The notes beneath the pieces are model-generated. The model was not told where the DNA came from. It did not search any database and worked only from the letters and a program-made list of their open reading frames with translations. A stretch of 64,000 bases of DNA, from positions 74,975 to 138,974 of the forward strand of contig CAKVHI010000003.1 of NCBI GenBank assembly GCA_934747965.1, read 5' to 3'. Positions 44,371 through 57,441 of the stretch are shown here, one piece after another. Made by a program: the position numbers and the translations under genes. How positions within the stretch are numbered: position 1 is the first letter of the stretch; every line of letters begins with the position of its first letter. The DNA is from an uncultured Clostridia bacterium (GTDB lineage: Bacteria; Bacillota; Clostridia; Christensenellales; UBA1242).

Positions 44371-44880
44371 ATGTTAAACAAAAAAATTCAAATTTATTTA
44401 ATCGTTTCAATATTGTTTTCCATTATGCTTCCAGCGGGCATAATTATGATTATTTTTGGTGCTAAATCAAGTTCTTTTATGCTTGTTTTTGGAATTTGCT
44501 TTTGTGTTTTTGGTTTTTATGGTACTCCCCTTTTGTGGTCAAATTATGGAAATTTGAAAGCGAAGAAAACGCTATATGACCAAATTACACTTGACAACAT
44601 TCAAGAAATAAGCAAACTTGCCCAGTTAAATAATAAAAAAGAAGAACAAATCATAAACGAAATAAAACATTTAATTTTTAAAAGATATTTAGTTGGTTAT
44701 GAAATTTATGATAATAAATTCGTTGTGCCTTACAAAAACAAAAAAATGACAGAAAATGAAATTCTTGCAAAAAATGGCGAAGTCAATGTTGTTACATGTA
44801 ATGGATGCGGTGCAAAAGTTGATATACTTGGAACAAAGGCTTCAAAATGTCCTTATTGCGGAACAACCGTAACAAAATAA
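44371..44880 (+). CDS. Membrane protein with two N-terminal TM helices and a C-terminal zinc ribbon, 169 aa
   Basis: Hydrophobic N-terminus. C-terminal CNGCGAK...CPYCG. Has its own promoter and terminator. Confidence 0.6.
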   Translation: MLNKKIQIYLIVSILFSIMLPAGIIMIIFGAKSSSFMLVFGICFCVFGFYGTPLLWSNYGNLKAKKTLYDQITLDNIQEISKLAQLNNKKEEQIINEIKHLIFKRYLVGYEIYDNKFVVPYKNKKMTENEILAKNGEVNVVTCNGCGAKVDILGTKASKCPYCGTTVTK

Positions 44881-44893
44881 TGATTTAATAATG

Positions 44894-44925
44894 AAGAAGA
44901 AATTTTTAATATTTCTTCTTTTTTA
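44894..44925 (+). terminator. Intrinsic terminator
   Basis: AAGAAGAAAT-TTTTAAT-ATTTCTTCTT hairpin followed by T4. Confidence 0.65.
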
Positions 44926-44951
44926 ACAAATTTTTTAAACTTACATATTAT
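44923..44951 (+). promoter_or_regulatory. Candidate promoter of the DUF11 gene
   Basis: TTAACA, 17 nt, TATTAT. The same stretch also reads AC-16 nt-CATATTATG, which is sigma-K-like, so the call is ambiguous. Confidence 0.35.
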
Positions 44952-44980
44952 GATTGTATACGCATTTTTAAGGAGAAATT

Positions 44981-45748
44981 ATGGCAAAAATAAACAATCA
45001 ATCTCAAATCACATCAAAATATACCCTTCCCGATCAAACTGAACAACAAACTACAACACAAAGCAATGTTGCCTCAACCGAAAACATGACAACGTCATTT
45101 TTAAAACAACAAACTTCGCCAAAATTGCAAGTTTTGAGAGGAGAAACCATCACTCAAACCCTTACTCTTACAAACAATAGTGAACTTGTAATAACAAATA
45201 TTAATATAAAAGAAGTTATTTCAAATGACGGAACTTTTAAGCCTGGCTCGGTTAAAATTAATGATGTTAGTTATGAAAATTTTAACATTGTAACAGGTTT
45301 TAATTTGCCCGAAGATATACAGCCTAATTCTAGTACAAAAATCACTTTTGATGTTGAGATTAAGCAAGAACCTGTCGTTGATGTTGTCAACTTAGTTGGT
45401 GTAGTTAAATATGAAACTGACAATCTTGTTTTTGAAGAAAATTCTAATGTTATTGCTTTGGATGTTTTAAATCAAAGCTTATCTGTTACAAAGTCAGCAA
45501 ACAAAAGAGCTGTTATAAAAGGTCAAACAATAACTTTTGTTAACTTAATAACGAATAACGGCTCAATTATTAATACAGATGTTTTTTTTAAAGATGAACT
45601 ACCCGAGGGAACAGAATTCGTTGCTGGAAGCGTAAAAATTGATAATACCCCACGAGAAGAATTAGATCCAACAAAAGGTTTTGCCATTTCAGACCTCAAC
45701 CCTAATGATGAAATTAATATTACTTTTGATGTGCTTGTTAAACTATGA
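44981..45748 (+). CDS. Two-domain DUF11 (conserved repeat domain) protein without a signal peptide, 255 aa
   Basis: AAGGAG SD. Two repeats of the pattern TLTLTNNSELVITNINIKEVI...GSVKIND and ITFVNLITNNGSIINTDVFFKDELPEGTEFVAGSVKID. Q/T-rich N-terminus, no hydrophobic leader. Confidence 0.7.
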   Translation: MAKINNQSQITSKYTLPDQTEQQTTTQSNVASTENMTTSFLKQQTSPKLQVLRGETITQTLTLTNNSELVITNINIKEVISNDGTFKPGSVKINDVSYENFNIVTGFNLPEDIQPNSSTKITFDVEIKQEPVVDVVNLVGVVKYETDNLVFEENSNVIALDVLNQSLSVTKSANKRAVIKGQTITFVNLITNNGSIINTDVFFKDELPEGTEFVAGSVKIDNTPREELDPTKGFAISDLNPNDEINITFDVLVKL

Positions 45749-45969
45749 AAAAGTCTTTAAAATTTCAGTCAGTTGTTATATGCAAAATAAATGGCATTTT
45801 GCAAACTTATAAAAGTAATGAATTTTTAATTGAAATTATAGAACCCGAAAAACGAAAAACAACTATAATTGATGCTCCATACATTCCTTGCAAAAAATGT
45901 GAGCATAATGTTTGTTTAAATCAAAATATATATAACAAATTTTTTGCTTTGCTTTGGTTATTAAAATAA
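45745..45969 (+). CDS. Small Cys-containing protein, 74 aa, translationally coupled to the DUF11 gene
   Basis: ATGA overlap with the upstream stop. CKKCEHNVC motif and a hydrophobic C-terminus FFALLWLLK. Confidence 0.45.
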   Translation: MKKSLKFQSVVICKINGILQTYKSNEFLIEIIEPEKRKTTIIDAPYIPCKKCEHNVCLNQNIYNKFFALLWLLK

Positions 45970-45972
45970 AAG

Positions 45973-46034
45973 AAATCCATTAATTTCTGAAGTGACCTCA
46001 ATAGGGTTCACTTCATTTCTTAGTGGATTTTTTA
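45973..46034 (+). terminator. Long imperfect hairpin terminator
   Basis: AAATCCATTAA..GAAGTGACC-TCAATA-GGTTCACTTC..TTAGTGGATTT followed by T4. Confidence 0.55.
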
Positions 46035-46091
46035 AAGAAAATCTTACACATTTAAAAATTTTTTTATTTATTGTTTTTGTTATAAATTCAA

Positions 46092-48275
46092 TTAAGACAA
46101 GTTTTGTGGGTCAAGTTCAACAAAACTTGTTACTTTCTTTGTTTGTATTTCTTTGTTAATTTCAAATAATTTTGCAATAATTTCATCCGAAAATTTGTTT
46201 TCAAGACGCATCAAGATCTGGTATCTAAATTGCTTTTTAGCCCTTTTGACTGGACTTTTCATTGCACCTAAATAAATAAATTTTTCTATATTTTTATTTT
46301 TGATTTCAACAACTTTAGTATAAAACTTTTGAATAAAATCCTTAACATCCTCTTCATTTTCACTTGTTGCCAAAACTCTAACGATTTTAGAAAAAGGTGG
46401 AAATTTTGTAACTTTCCTTAAATTAATTTCTTTTTCATAAAATTTTTCATAATTATTTGTGCTAACACAAGAATAAACAAAATGCCTTGGCATGTAAGTT
46501 TGCAAAACAACTTCACCTTCAAGGTCTGTTCTTCCTGCTCTTCCTGAAACCTGAGTTAACAAGTTAAATGTGCGGTCGGTAGACCTAAAATCTGCATAGT
46601 GCAAACTTAAATCAGCATCAACAATCCCAACAAGACTTACGCTGTTAAAATTATGTCCTTTGCTTATCATTTGAGTGCCAACCAAAATTGCAGGCTTAGT
46701 GTTATTAAATTCTTCAATAATGTTTATATGAGCATTTTTTGTTGTGGTTGTGTCATTATCCATTCTAAAAACTTTCACAGATGGAAGAATGCTTTTAAGT
46801 TTTTCAACAACTTGTTCCGTTCCAATGGCTCCAGTTCGAATATTTGTGCTTCCACAAGATGGGCATTTAGTTAAAACTTTATATCTATTTCCGCAATAAT
46901 GGCACTTAAGTTTTTGGTCTTCTTTATGATAAACCAAACTAACATCACAATCTTCGCATTTAGGAACATATCCACAGTCTAAACATCTTAAAAATGAAGT
47001 ATATCCCCTACGATTTAAAAAAATCAAAGCCTGTTCATTTCGTTTAACACATTCAAGAAGTTTCATTTGAAGAAGTTTAGAAAACATACTTGTGTTTCCT
47101 ATCCGCATTTCTCGCATCATGTCAACGACAAAAATTTCAGGAAGTTTTTTTGCAACGGCTCGATTTTTCATCTCTATAAGTTCAATTTGACCAGATTTTG
47201 CCTTATAGTATGTTTCTATAGAAGGAGTCGCACTTCCTAAAATTAAACTAGCGTTATTGAAATCCGCCCTAAATTTTGCAACATCTTTTGCGTAATATCT
47301 TGGATTTGTTTCGGAATAATAACTTGTGTCATGCTCTTCATCAATTATAATTAAGCCAATGTTCTGTAGTGGGGCAAAAATTGCACTGCGTGCTCCAATA
47401 ACAACTTTTGCTTCTCCTCGTTTGATTTTTAACCACTCATCAAGTTTTTCGCCACTAGACAAACCACTGTGAATGATTGCAACCAAATTTCCAAAAACTG
47501 ATGTAAATCGCTTAAAAAGTTGAGGTGTTAAGCCAATTTCAGGCACCAACAGCATAGCCGTTTTGTTTTGTTTTAAAACATTTTCTATAACTTTTATATA
47601 GACTTCGGTTTTACCGCTTGCAGTTACACCGAAAAGCAAAAAAGAATTTGGACTTTTGTTTATAATTGTTTCAACTGCGTTTTGTTGATCGCTCGTCAAA
47701 ACAATTTCTTTATTTGTTTTGTTTTGTTCAAAACAATATGGAGTTCGCTGGTTTAATTCTTTAAAAGTAGACAAAACCCCATTTTTTATCAATGTTTTTA
47801 TACTTGATTGAGAAAATAAAACATTTAATTCGGTAAGTTTAAAAGAACTATTTTGTTTTAAAAAGTCAATAATTTTTTGTTGATTTTTCGTAATTTTTTT
47901 ATAGTCAAAGTTGTCATTTAACTTAACAAAAGTGATAAATTTTTCCTTAACATTTTTTCTTATCACATTAGGGACAAACAATCTTAAGCAATCAGCGTAT
48001 CTTAAATTATAAGTTTTAATTAAAAAATCCATTAAATTTATGGATTCTTCATTTAGATATGAAAAATCATCTAAACTTTTAATAACACTTTTAAGTTTAG
48101 ATGTATCCATTTTTGAATTATTTTTTATTTTAAGAATATAACCTTCAATATTTCGAGCACCAAACGGTACCAAAACTCGCTGACCAATTTTGTAGTCTTG
48201 ACCACTTTCAAGTTTATAATCAAAAATTTTGTCAACATTTGAATTTACTATATCAACAATAACTTCACAAATCAT
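46092..48275 (-). CDS. priA: Primosomal replication restart helicase PriA
   Basis: Walker A GVTASGKTE, DEEHD, and Cys4 zinc motifs CLDCGYVPKCEDC and CHYCG..CPSCG. The ATG at 48275 lies just after the rpoZ stop. Confidence 0.93.
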   Translation of the reverse strand: MICEVIVDIVNSNVDKIFDYKLESGQDYKIGQRVLVPFGARNIEGYILKIKNNSKMDTSKLKSVIKSLDDFSYLNEESINLMDFLIKTYNLRYADCLRLFVPNVIRKNVKEKFITFVKLNDNFDYKKITKNQQKIIDFLKQNSSFKLTELNVLFSQSSIKTLIKNGVLSTFKELNQRTPYCFEQNKTNKEIVLTSDQQNAVETIINKSPNSFLLFGVTASGKTEVYIKVIENVLKQNKTAMLLVPEIGLTPQLFKRFTSVFGNLVAIIHSGLSSGEKLDEWLKIKRGEAKVVIGARSAIFAPLQNIGLIIIDEEHDTSYYSETNPRYYAKDVAKFRADFNNASLILGSATPSIETYYKAKSGQIELIEMKNRAVAKKLPEIFVVDMMREMRIGNTSMFSKLLQMKLLECVKRNEQALIFLNRRGYTSFLRCLDCGYVPKCEDCDVSLVYHKEDQKLKCHYCGNRYKVLTKCPSCGSTNIRTGAIGTEQVVEKLKSILPSVKVFRMDNDTTTTKNAHINIIEEFNNTKPAILVGTQMISKGHNFNSVSLVGIVDADLSLHYADFRSTDRTFNLLTQVSGRAGRTDLEGEVVLQTYMPRHFVYSCVSTNNYEKFYEKEINLRKVTKFPPFSKIVRVLATSENEEDVKDFIQKFYTKVVEIKNKNIEKFIYLGAMKSPVKRAKKQFRYQILMRLENKFSDEIIAKLFEINKEIQTKKVTSFVELDPQNLS

Positions 48276-48276
48276 A

Positions 48277-48468
48277 CTATTCGTTTGGAACAATTTTTTT
48301 CTCGTAAACTTCTTTTGCAGCAATAGAAAGTTCATTGTCATGGCTTTCAACATGGTCAATTAAATTCTTTTTTTGAATTTCATTTGCTCTTCTTGCTGTT
48401 AAATTGCAAAGTTTATATTTGTTTCCAACAATATCAACTAATTCTTCTACTGGTGGTTCTAATAACAT
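48277..48468 (-). CDS. rpoZ: DNA-directed RNA polymerase subunit omega
   Basis: 63 aa. MLLEPPVEELVDIVGNKYKLCNLTARRANEI matches the omega N-terminal pattern. Precedes priA. Confidence 0.85.
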   Translation of the reverse strand: MLLEPPVEELVDIVGNKYKLCNLTARRANEIQKKNLIDHVESHDNELSIAAKEVYEKKIVPNE

Positions 48469-48478
48469 ATAATACCTC

Positions 48479-49912
48479 TTATTTTAAATTTTCTTTTATT
48501 AATCTTGAAACAACATCGGGTTTTGCCTTACCTTTCAACGCTTTCATAACTTGCCCCATAAAGAAAGTCATTGTGCGTTCATTTCCGTCCTTATAATCAC
48601 TAACCGCTTGTGGATTTGAAGCAATTACATCCAAAACTGCATTTTTTACTTCTTCTTCATTATCAGAAATCTTCAAATTTAACCTTTCTGCACACGCTTC
48701 AACATCTTCATTTGTTTCAAAAACATTTTCTAAAATAGTTGTTGCAGTTGTTCGTGTTATTTCTTTTCTATCTAACATTTTAAGCAATTTTACAAAATTG
48801 TCAACAGAAATTGTAATATTTTCTTCCAAATTCAATTCATTTTGCTTTAAAAGTCTTAAAATATCACTCATAATAAAATTTGAAACTTGTTTTGGATTGT
48901 TATACTGTTTTATTGATTCTTCAAAAAAGTCGCTAATTTTTTTGTCATTTGTTAAAACTTTTGCATCATAAGCAGGAAGCCCTAACTTTTGAATGTACTC
49001 CTTGCGTCTAACCCTTGGAAGTCGAGCCAAATTTTGTTTTATTTCCTCAACATACTCTTTTTCAATCTTAATTGGAAGCAAATCGGGATCTGGAAAATAT
49101 TTATAATCATTACTGCCTTCTTTGCTTCTTAAAGTTAAGTTTTCTCCAAGTTCATCATCCCACTTTAAAGTTTGAGTGATAACAGGCTTTCCTGCTTCAT
49201 ACAAACTAATTTGTCTTGCAATTTCATAATCGATCGCACGCTCTACAGCCTTAAAACTTGAAAGATTTTTCATTTCTGTTCTGTTATTTAATTTGTTTGA
49301 GCCTTTTTCACGCACAGAAACATTAACATCGCACCTTAAACTTCCTTCTTGCATTTTGCAATCTGAAACCTCGATATATTTTAGTGTTTCTTTTATAGTT
49401 TCAAGCACTTTAACCGCTTCACTGCTACTTTTTATATCAGGTTCAGTAACTATTTCTATAAGTGGAACACTACATCTGTTAAAATCAATTAAACTTGAAT
49501 TTAAAAAACTGTCATGAACAAGTTTTCCAGCATCTTCTTCAAGATGTATTCTGTTAAGTCTTATAAATTTTTCATTACCATTTTCGTCATCAAAAACAAT
49601 TTTTCCACCAAGGCAAATTGGTTTTTCGAGTTGCGAAATTTGATAAGATTTTGGAAGGTCAGGATAAAAATAATTTTTTCGTTCAAAAATAGCCATGTCA
49701 TTAATGCTACAATCAAACGATAACCCTGCTTTTATGCAAAATTCAAAGGCTTTTTTGTTTGGAACAGGCAAAGCCCCTGGAAGACCTAAACAAACGGGAC
49801 AAACTTTGCTGTTTACAGAAGCACCAAACTTGTTTTGACAACTACAAAAATTTTTTGATGCTGTTTTAAGTTCACTGTGAATTTCAAGACCAATTACTGG
49901 TTCAAATTCCAT
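48479..49912 (-). CDS. gatB: Asp/Glu-tRNA amidotransferase subunit B
   Basis: 477 aa. MEFEPVIGLEIHSEL N-terminus and a C-terminal GatB/YqeY domain. Confidence 0.96.
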   Translation of the reverse strand: MEFEPVIGLEIHSELKTASKNFCSCQNKFGASVNSKVCPVCLGLPGALPVPNKKAFEFCIKAGLSFDCSINDMAIFERKNYFYPDLPKSYQISQLEKPICLGGKIVFDDENGNEKFIRLNRIHLEEDAGKLVHDSFLNSSLIDFNRCSVPLIEIVTEPDIKSSSEAVKVLETIKETLKYIEVSDCKMQEGSLRCDVNVSVREKGSNKLNNRTEMKNLSSFKAVERAIDYEIARQISLYEAGKPVITQTLKWDDELGENLTLRSKEGSNDYKYFPDPDLLPIKIEKEYVEEIKQNLARLPRVRRKEYIQKLGLPAYDAKVLTNDKKISDFFEESIKQYNNPKQVSNFIMSDILRLLKQNELNLEENITISVDNFVKLLKMLDRKEITRTTATTILENVFETNEDVEACAERLNLKISDNEEEVKNAVLDVIASNPQAVSDYKDGNERTMTFFMGQVMKALKGKAKPDVVSRLIKENLK

Positions 49913-51354
49913 TACTTTCTTCCCCCTTTATTTGTTTCAAAATAGTCGCCCACGTTAAACAAAATTTGCTCATTAAATTTGTTTGCAATAAGTTGAAGCC
50001 CTATCGGCATATTGTCCTCATCAACTCCGCAAGGAATACTTATCGCTGGAAGACCGGCAATATTAACTGGAACAGTATAAATATCACTTAAATACATTTT
50101 AATGTGATCGTTCACTTTTTCGCCAATTTTAAATGCTGTGAATGGAGATGTTGGAGATAAAATAACATCAACATTTTCAAAAGCCTTGTTAAATTCGGCT
50201 TTAATTAAGTTTTGAACGGCTTTTGCCTTTTTATAGTAAGCATCATAATAGCCACTAGACAAAACAAAATTTCCAAGCATAATTCTTCTTTTAACTTCTT
50301 TTCCAAAACCTTCTGTACGACTTTTATAATACAAATCCACAAGGTCTGAATAATTTTCAGCACGCTTACCAAATCTTATCCCATCAAACCTGCCAAGATT
50401 ACTGCAGGCTTCAGCACTTGAAATAGTGTAATATGCACTTAAAGACTTATCAATGTTTTTTAACTCTATTTCTTTGATTTCTGCCCCATTATCTTTAAAA
50501 AATTTTATAGCATCATCAATTGCTTTTTTAACACTTTCATCCATGCCCATATTTAAGAAGTTTGTTGGAACGCCAATTTTTACGCCTTTAACAGAAGAAT
50601 TTAAGTTTTTAAGATAGTCAATCTTTTCTCTGTTTTCACTTGTAAATTCTCTTTCATCGTAGCCACTTATAACACTAAGCATCATAGCACTGTCTTTAAC
50701 CGTTTTTGTGAAAGGTCCAATCTGATCCAAACTTGAAGCAAAAGCAACAAGACCATAACGAGAAACCAATCCGTAAGTTGGTTTAAGCCCAACCACACCA
50801 CAAAAACTTGCAGGTTGACGAATTGACCCGCCAGTATCACTTCCAAGCGAAGCAAAGCACAAATTTGCCCTTACGCTACAAGCACTACCGCCACTGCTTC
50901 CGCCAGTTACACGCGTGTTATCTATAGGGTTCAAACACACGCCAAAAGCACTATTTTCATTTGAGCTTCCCATGGCAAATTCGTCCATATTTGCTTTTCC
51001 CAAAATTATGGCACGCTCATTTTTTAATTTTTCAACAACTCCTGCATCATAAACACTTTCATAATTTTCCAAAAACTTACTTGCACAAGTTGTTTTTGTG
51101 CCTATCATGTTAATGTTGTCTTTTATGATAATAGGAACGCCTGTTAAAGTAGACCCAAGCCCATCATCCAAAATTTTGTCTGCTTGTTTTGCTTCTTCTA
51201 GCGCCTCTGATTCTCGAACAGATAGCAAAGCGTTTAAATTAGAATTGTTTTTTATATTTTCTAAACATAATTTAGTAAGTTCTTCACTTGTGATTTTTCT
51301 TTCTTTCAAAAGTTTGCAAATTTCAAACAAACTTAACTCTAAAACATTTTTCAT
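49912..51354 (-). CDS. gatA: Glutamyl-tRNA(Gln) amidotransferase subunit A
   Basis: 480 aa. Amidase signature GGSSGGSA...GSDTGGSIRQPA. Confidence 0.96.
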   Translation of the reverse strand: MKNVLELSLFEICKLLKERKITSEELTKLCLENIKNNSNLNALLSVRESEALEEAKQADKILDDGLGSTLTGVPIIIKDNINMIGTKTTCASKFLENYESVYDAGVVEKLKNERAIILGKANMDEFAMGSSNENSAFGVCLNPIDNTRVTGGSSGGSACSVRANLCFASLGSDTGGSIRQPASFCGVVGLKPTYGLVSRYGLVAFASSLDQIGPFTKTVKDSAMMLSVISGYDEREFTSENREKIDYLKNLNSSVKGVKIGVPTNFLNMGMDESVKKAIDDAIKFFKDNGAEIKEIELKNIDKSLSAYYTISSAEACSNLGRFDGIRFGKRAENYSDLVDLYYKSRTEGFGKEVKRRIMLGNFVLSSGYYDAYYKKAKAVQNLIKAEFNKAFENVDVILSPTSPFTAFKIGEKVNDHIKMYLSDIYTVPVNIAGLPAISIPCGVDEDNMPIGLQLIANKFNEQILFNVGDYFETNKGGRK

Positions 51355-51638
51355 TAGTCCACCACCTTTGGAACAACAATGCTGTTTCCTTTGCTTTTTG
51401 GCGAGTTTTTAACAACATCTTTTGGATTCAGACTTTGTTTTATTTCATCATTCCTTAAATTTCTCGCATCAACAATTTTGTCAAAATTTTGAACATTCGT
51501 GGTGTCAACACTTTGAAGTTGGTCAATATTTTCAAGAGTTTTTTCAAATTCTGTTTTAAAACTTTCCAATTCTTCTTCGCTAAAATTTAATCTTGAAAGA
51601 TTAGCTAAATGTTTAACTAAATCAGTTGTAATTTCCAT
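51354..51638 (-). CDS. gatC: Asp/Glu-tRNA amidotransferase subunit C
   Basis: 94 aa. HLANLSRLNFSEEE motif. Heads the gatCAB operon. Confidence 0.9.
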   Translation of the reverse strand: MEITTDLVKHLANLSRLNFSEEELESFKTEFEKTLENIDQLQSVDTTNVQNFDKIVDARNLRNDEIKQSLNPKDVVKNSPKSKGNSIVVPKVVD

Positions 51639-51690
51639 AGTATCTCCTAAAAATTCATTATATCAAATTTCTTTTTGTTTTTCAAGTGTT

Positions 51691-55879
<4,189 letters not shown>

Positions 55880-55885
55880 GATGCT

Positions 55886-55894
55886 ATTATAACA
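55886..55894 (-). promoter_or_regulatory. Extended -10 element 6 nt from the pcrA ATG (leaderless arrangement)
   Basis: Minus strand TGtTATAAT (55894-55886), AGCATC, then ATG at 55879. No SD. Confidence 0.45.
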
Positions 55895-55903
55895 CATAAA
55901 AAC

Positions 55904-55935
55904 AAAAAAAGATATTTTTTTTCAAATATCTTTTT
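55904..55935. terminator. Bidirectional hairpin terminator
   Basis: AAAAAGATATTT-TTTTTC-AAATATCTTTTT. Confidence 0.55.
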
Positions 55936-55965
55936 AAATTTAAAATTAAAACATTTCTAACAAAT

Positions 55966-56577
55966 TTAAACATTTTGCTTGATTTCGCCATCTTCAGTTG
56001 TGTTATCAATAAGTTCATTTTTGGTAATTTCAGCGTAACGCCTTTCAAGCCTTGTTAATTGTTTGATTAATCTAGGTCTGTTGTATCTTTGAATTAAAAT
56101 TGAAGGTATGTTTATTAATGAATAAATTATTGCTATTGGAAGAGCCATTTTTAAAATCAAATTTCTTGGCACAAACAACAAACTCAAAAGAGCCGAAACA
56201 ATGCAAAATTTGTGAAGAGTTTCTCCATAGCAAGTTTCCAAAATAAATCTTTTAAGATATAAAATATTACCAGTATCAGTCAAAGTATCTTTCTTAAACT
56301 TTACAGTTCCGCCTAGTTCAGGAATTTTATCTTTCCACTTTCTAATTCCTATTTTAACAAGAAAATTTTTCTCTTTTTCAGACACTACATAACGCCTTTT
56401 GCTATAGTCAAACCAACTTTTTGGCAAAATTCTTATGACCACCGCAACAAAAAGCGAAGGCAACAAAACCATTGCGAAACTGTATAAAAGTTCAACTGCC
56501 GTGTTTATTGAAAAAGCAAAAATCATGTTTAAACTAATTATTAATAAAACACAAAAAATAACAAAACAAAAATACAT
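55966..56577 (-). CDS. Membrane protein of the CrtO-like (glycosyl-4,4'-diaponeurosporenoate acyltransferase) family
   Basis: C-terminal [20 protein letters not shown] closely resembles S. aureus CrtO [20 protein letters not shown] (from memory). [11 protein letters not shown] and [12 protein letters not shown] also resemble it. Confidence 0.55.
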   Translation of the reverse strand: [203 protein letters not shown]

Positions 56578-56640
56578 TATTTACCCCTAAACATAGTTTA
56601 AAAAAAATAATGTATTTTGTCAATAATTTTTTGAAATTAA

Positions 56641-57045
56641 TTAATTTCCATAAAATGTTAAATTTTGTTCAAAATTTTTTCTTATCTTAACATATTTCTC
56701 GCTTAAATTTAAAATATAATTTTGCTTTTCTGTGTCTGTTAAAGTTTTATATTTTTCAATATCAACTAGTTCTGCCAAAGGGCTTAAAGAATTTGGATTT
56801 GTCTTTAACAAATTTATAACTTTTTGATTAAAAATTTCATCTTCTTTTGTAGACAAGGGTTTAACAATTATATCCGCCCTTTTAAACTCACTACTAGCAA
56901 GCAAATGTAAAACATGATTTGTTTTTATTTTGTCTTGCATTTTGCTTCCACGATTATAGTCAACAGTTCCATAATCATGATGCTTCAATCTCTCCCTTGC
57001 GCTTAATATTAATTCCTTTAAAACGCTTTTGTTTTTGTTTTTCAT
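56641..57045 (-). CDS. Hypothetical protein, 134 aa
   Basis: Intact ORF with an AAAGGAGAAAAAG SD. No motif recognised. Confidence 0.5.
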   Translation of the reverse strand: MKNKNKSVLKELILSARERLKHHDYGTVDYNRGSKMQDKIKTNHVLHLLASSEFKRADIIVKPLSTKEDEIFNQKVINLLKTNPNSLSPLAELVDIEKYKTLTDTEKQNYILNLSEKYVKIRKNFEQNLTFYGN

Positions 57046-57435
57046 AATCTTTTTCTCCTTTTGTTTTTAAAACATAAAAAGTATAAACTTTAAATCATTC
57101 AAATTTTAAACCAAAACAAAATAAGCTATAAAAAGATTTATTTAGATTATATTATATTTAAATATAAAAAAAGTTATGAAATTATTCATTTTAGTTAATT
57201 TTAATATAAGAATTTATATTTATTTATAAAAACATTACATAAATTATAAAAAAACAAAAATTGAGTTATAATATTAAATATATTTACCAAAAGATTACAA
57301 TAAATTTATAATAAAATTTTTTTCTACAAAAAGTTATAAAAAAAATTTTGAATTTTTTATATAATTTTGTTAAAATTTATTTAATAAAGTTTAAATATTA
57401 TACACATTATTTTATTAAATTTAAACATAAAGAGG
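57046..57435. other. 390-bp extremely AT-rich divergent intergenic region with degenerate direct repeats
   Basis: Reiterated RTTATAA(A) motifs. About 35-nt imperfect repeat ATTACAWAAATTTATAA at 57233 and 57293. Confidence 0.6.
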
Positions 57436-57441
57436 ATGAGA

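Noticed and set aside
44923-44952. Confident sigma-K promoter call for the DUF11 gene
   Set aside because: The AC-16-CATATTATG match has a mismatch in the last conserved position. The same DNA fits a sigma-A promoter (TTAACA-17-TATTAT) equally well, so it is reported only as ambiguous.
44075-46040. tRNA-targeted integrative island
   Set aside because: There is no integrase or recombinase. I could not see a direct repeat of the tRNA 3' end. The inserted genes lie on the 5' (promoter) side of the tRNA rather than the 3' side. The feature is kept only as a synteny break.
57046-57435. Replication origin or DnaA-box cluster in the long AT-rich spacer
   Set aside because: Only one near-match to TTATCCACA is present (TTATACACA near 57399). 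There is no dnaA or dnaN nearby, and gene orientation does not switch here.
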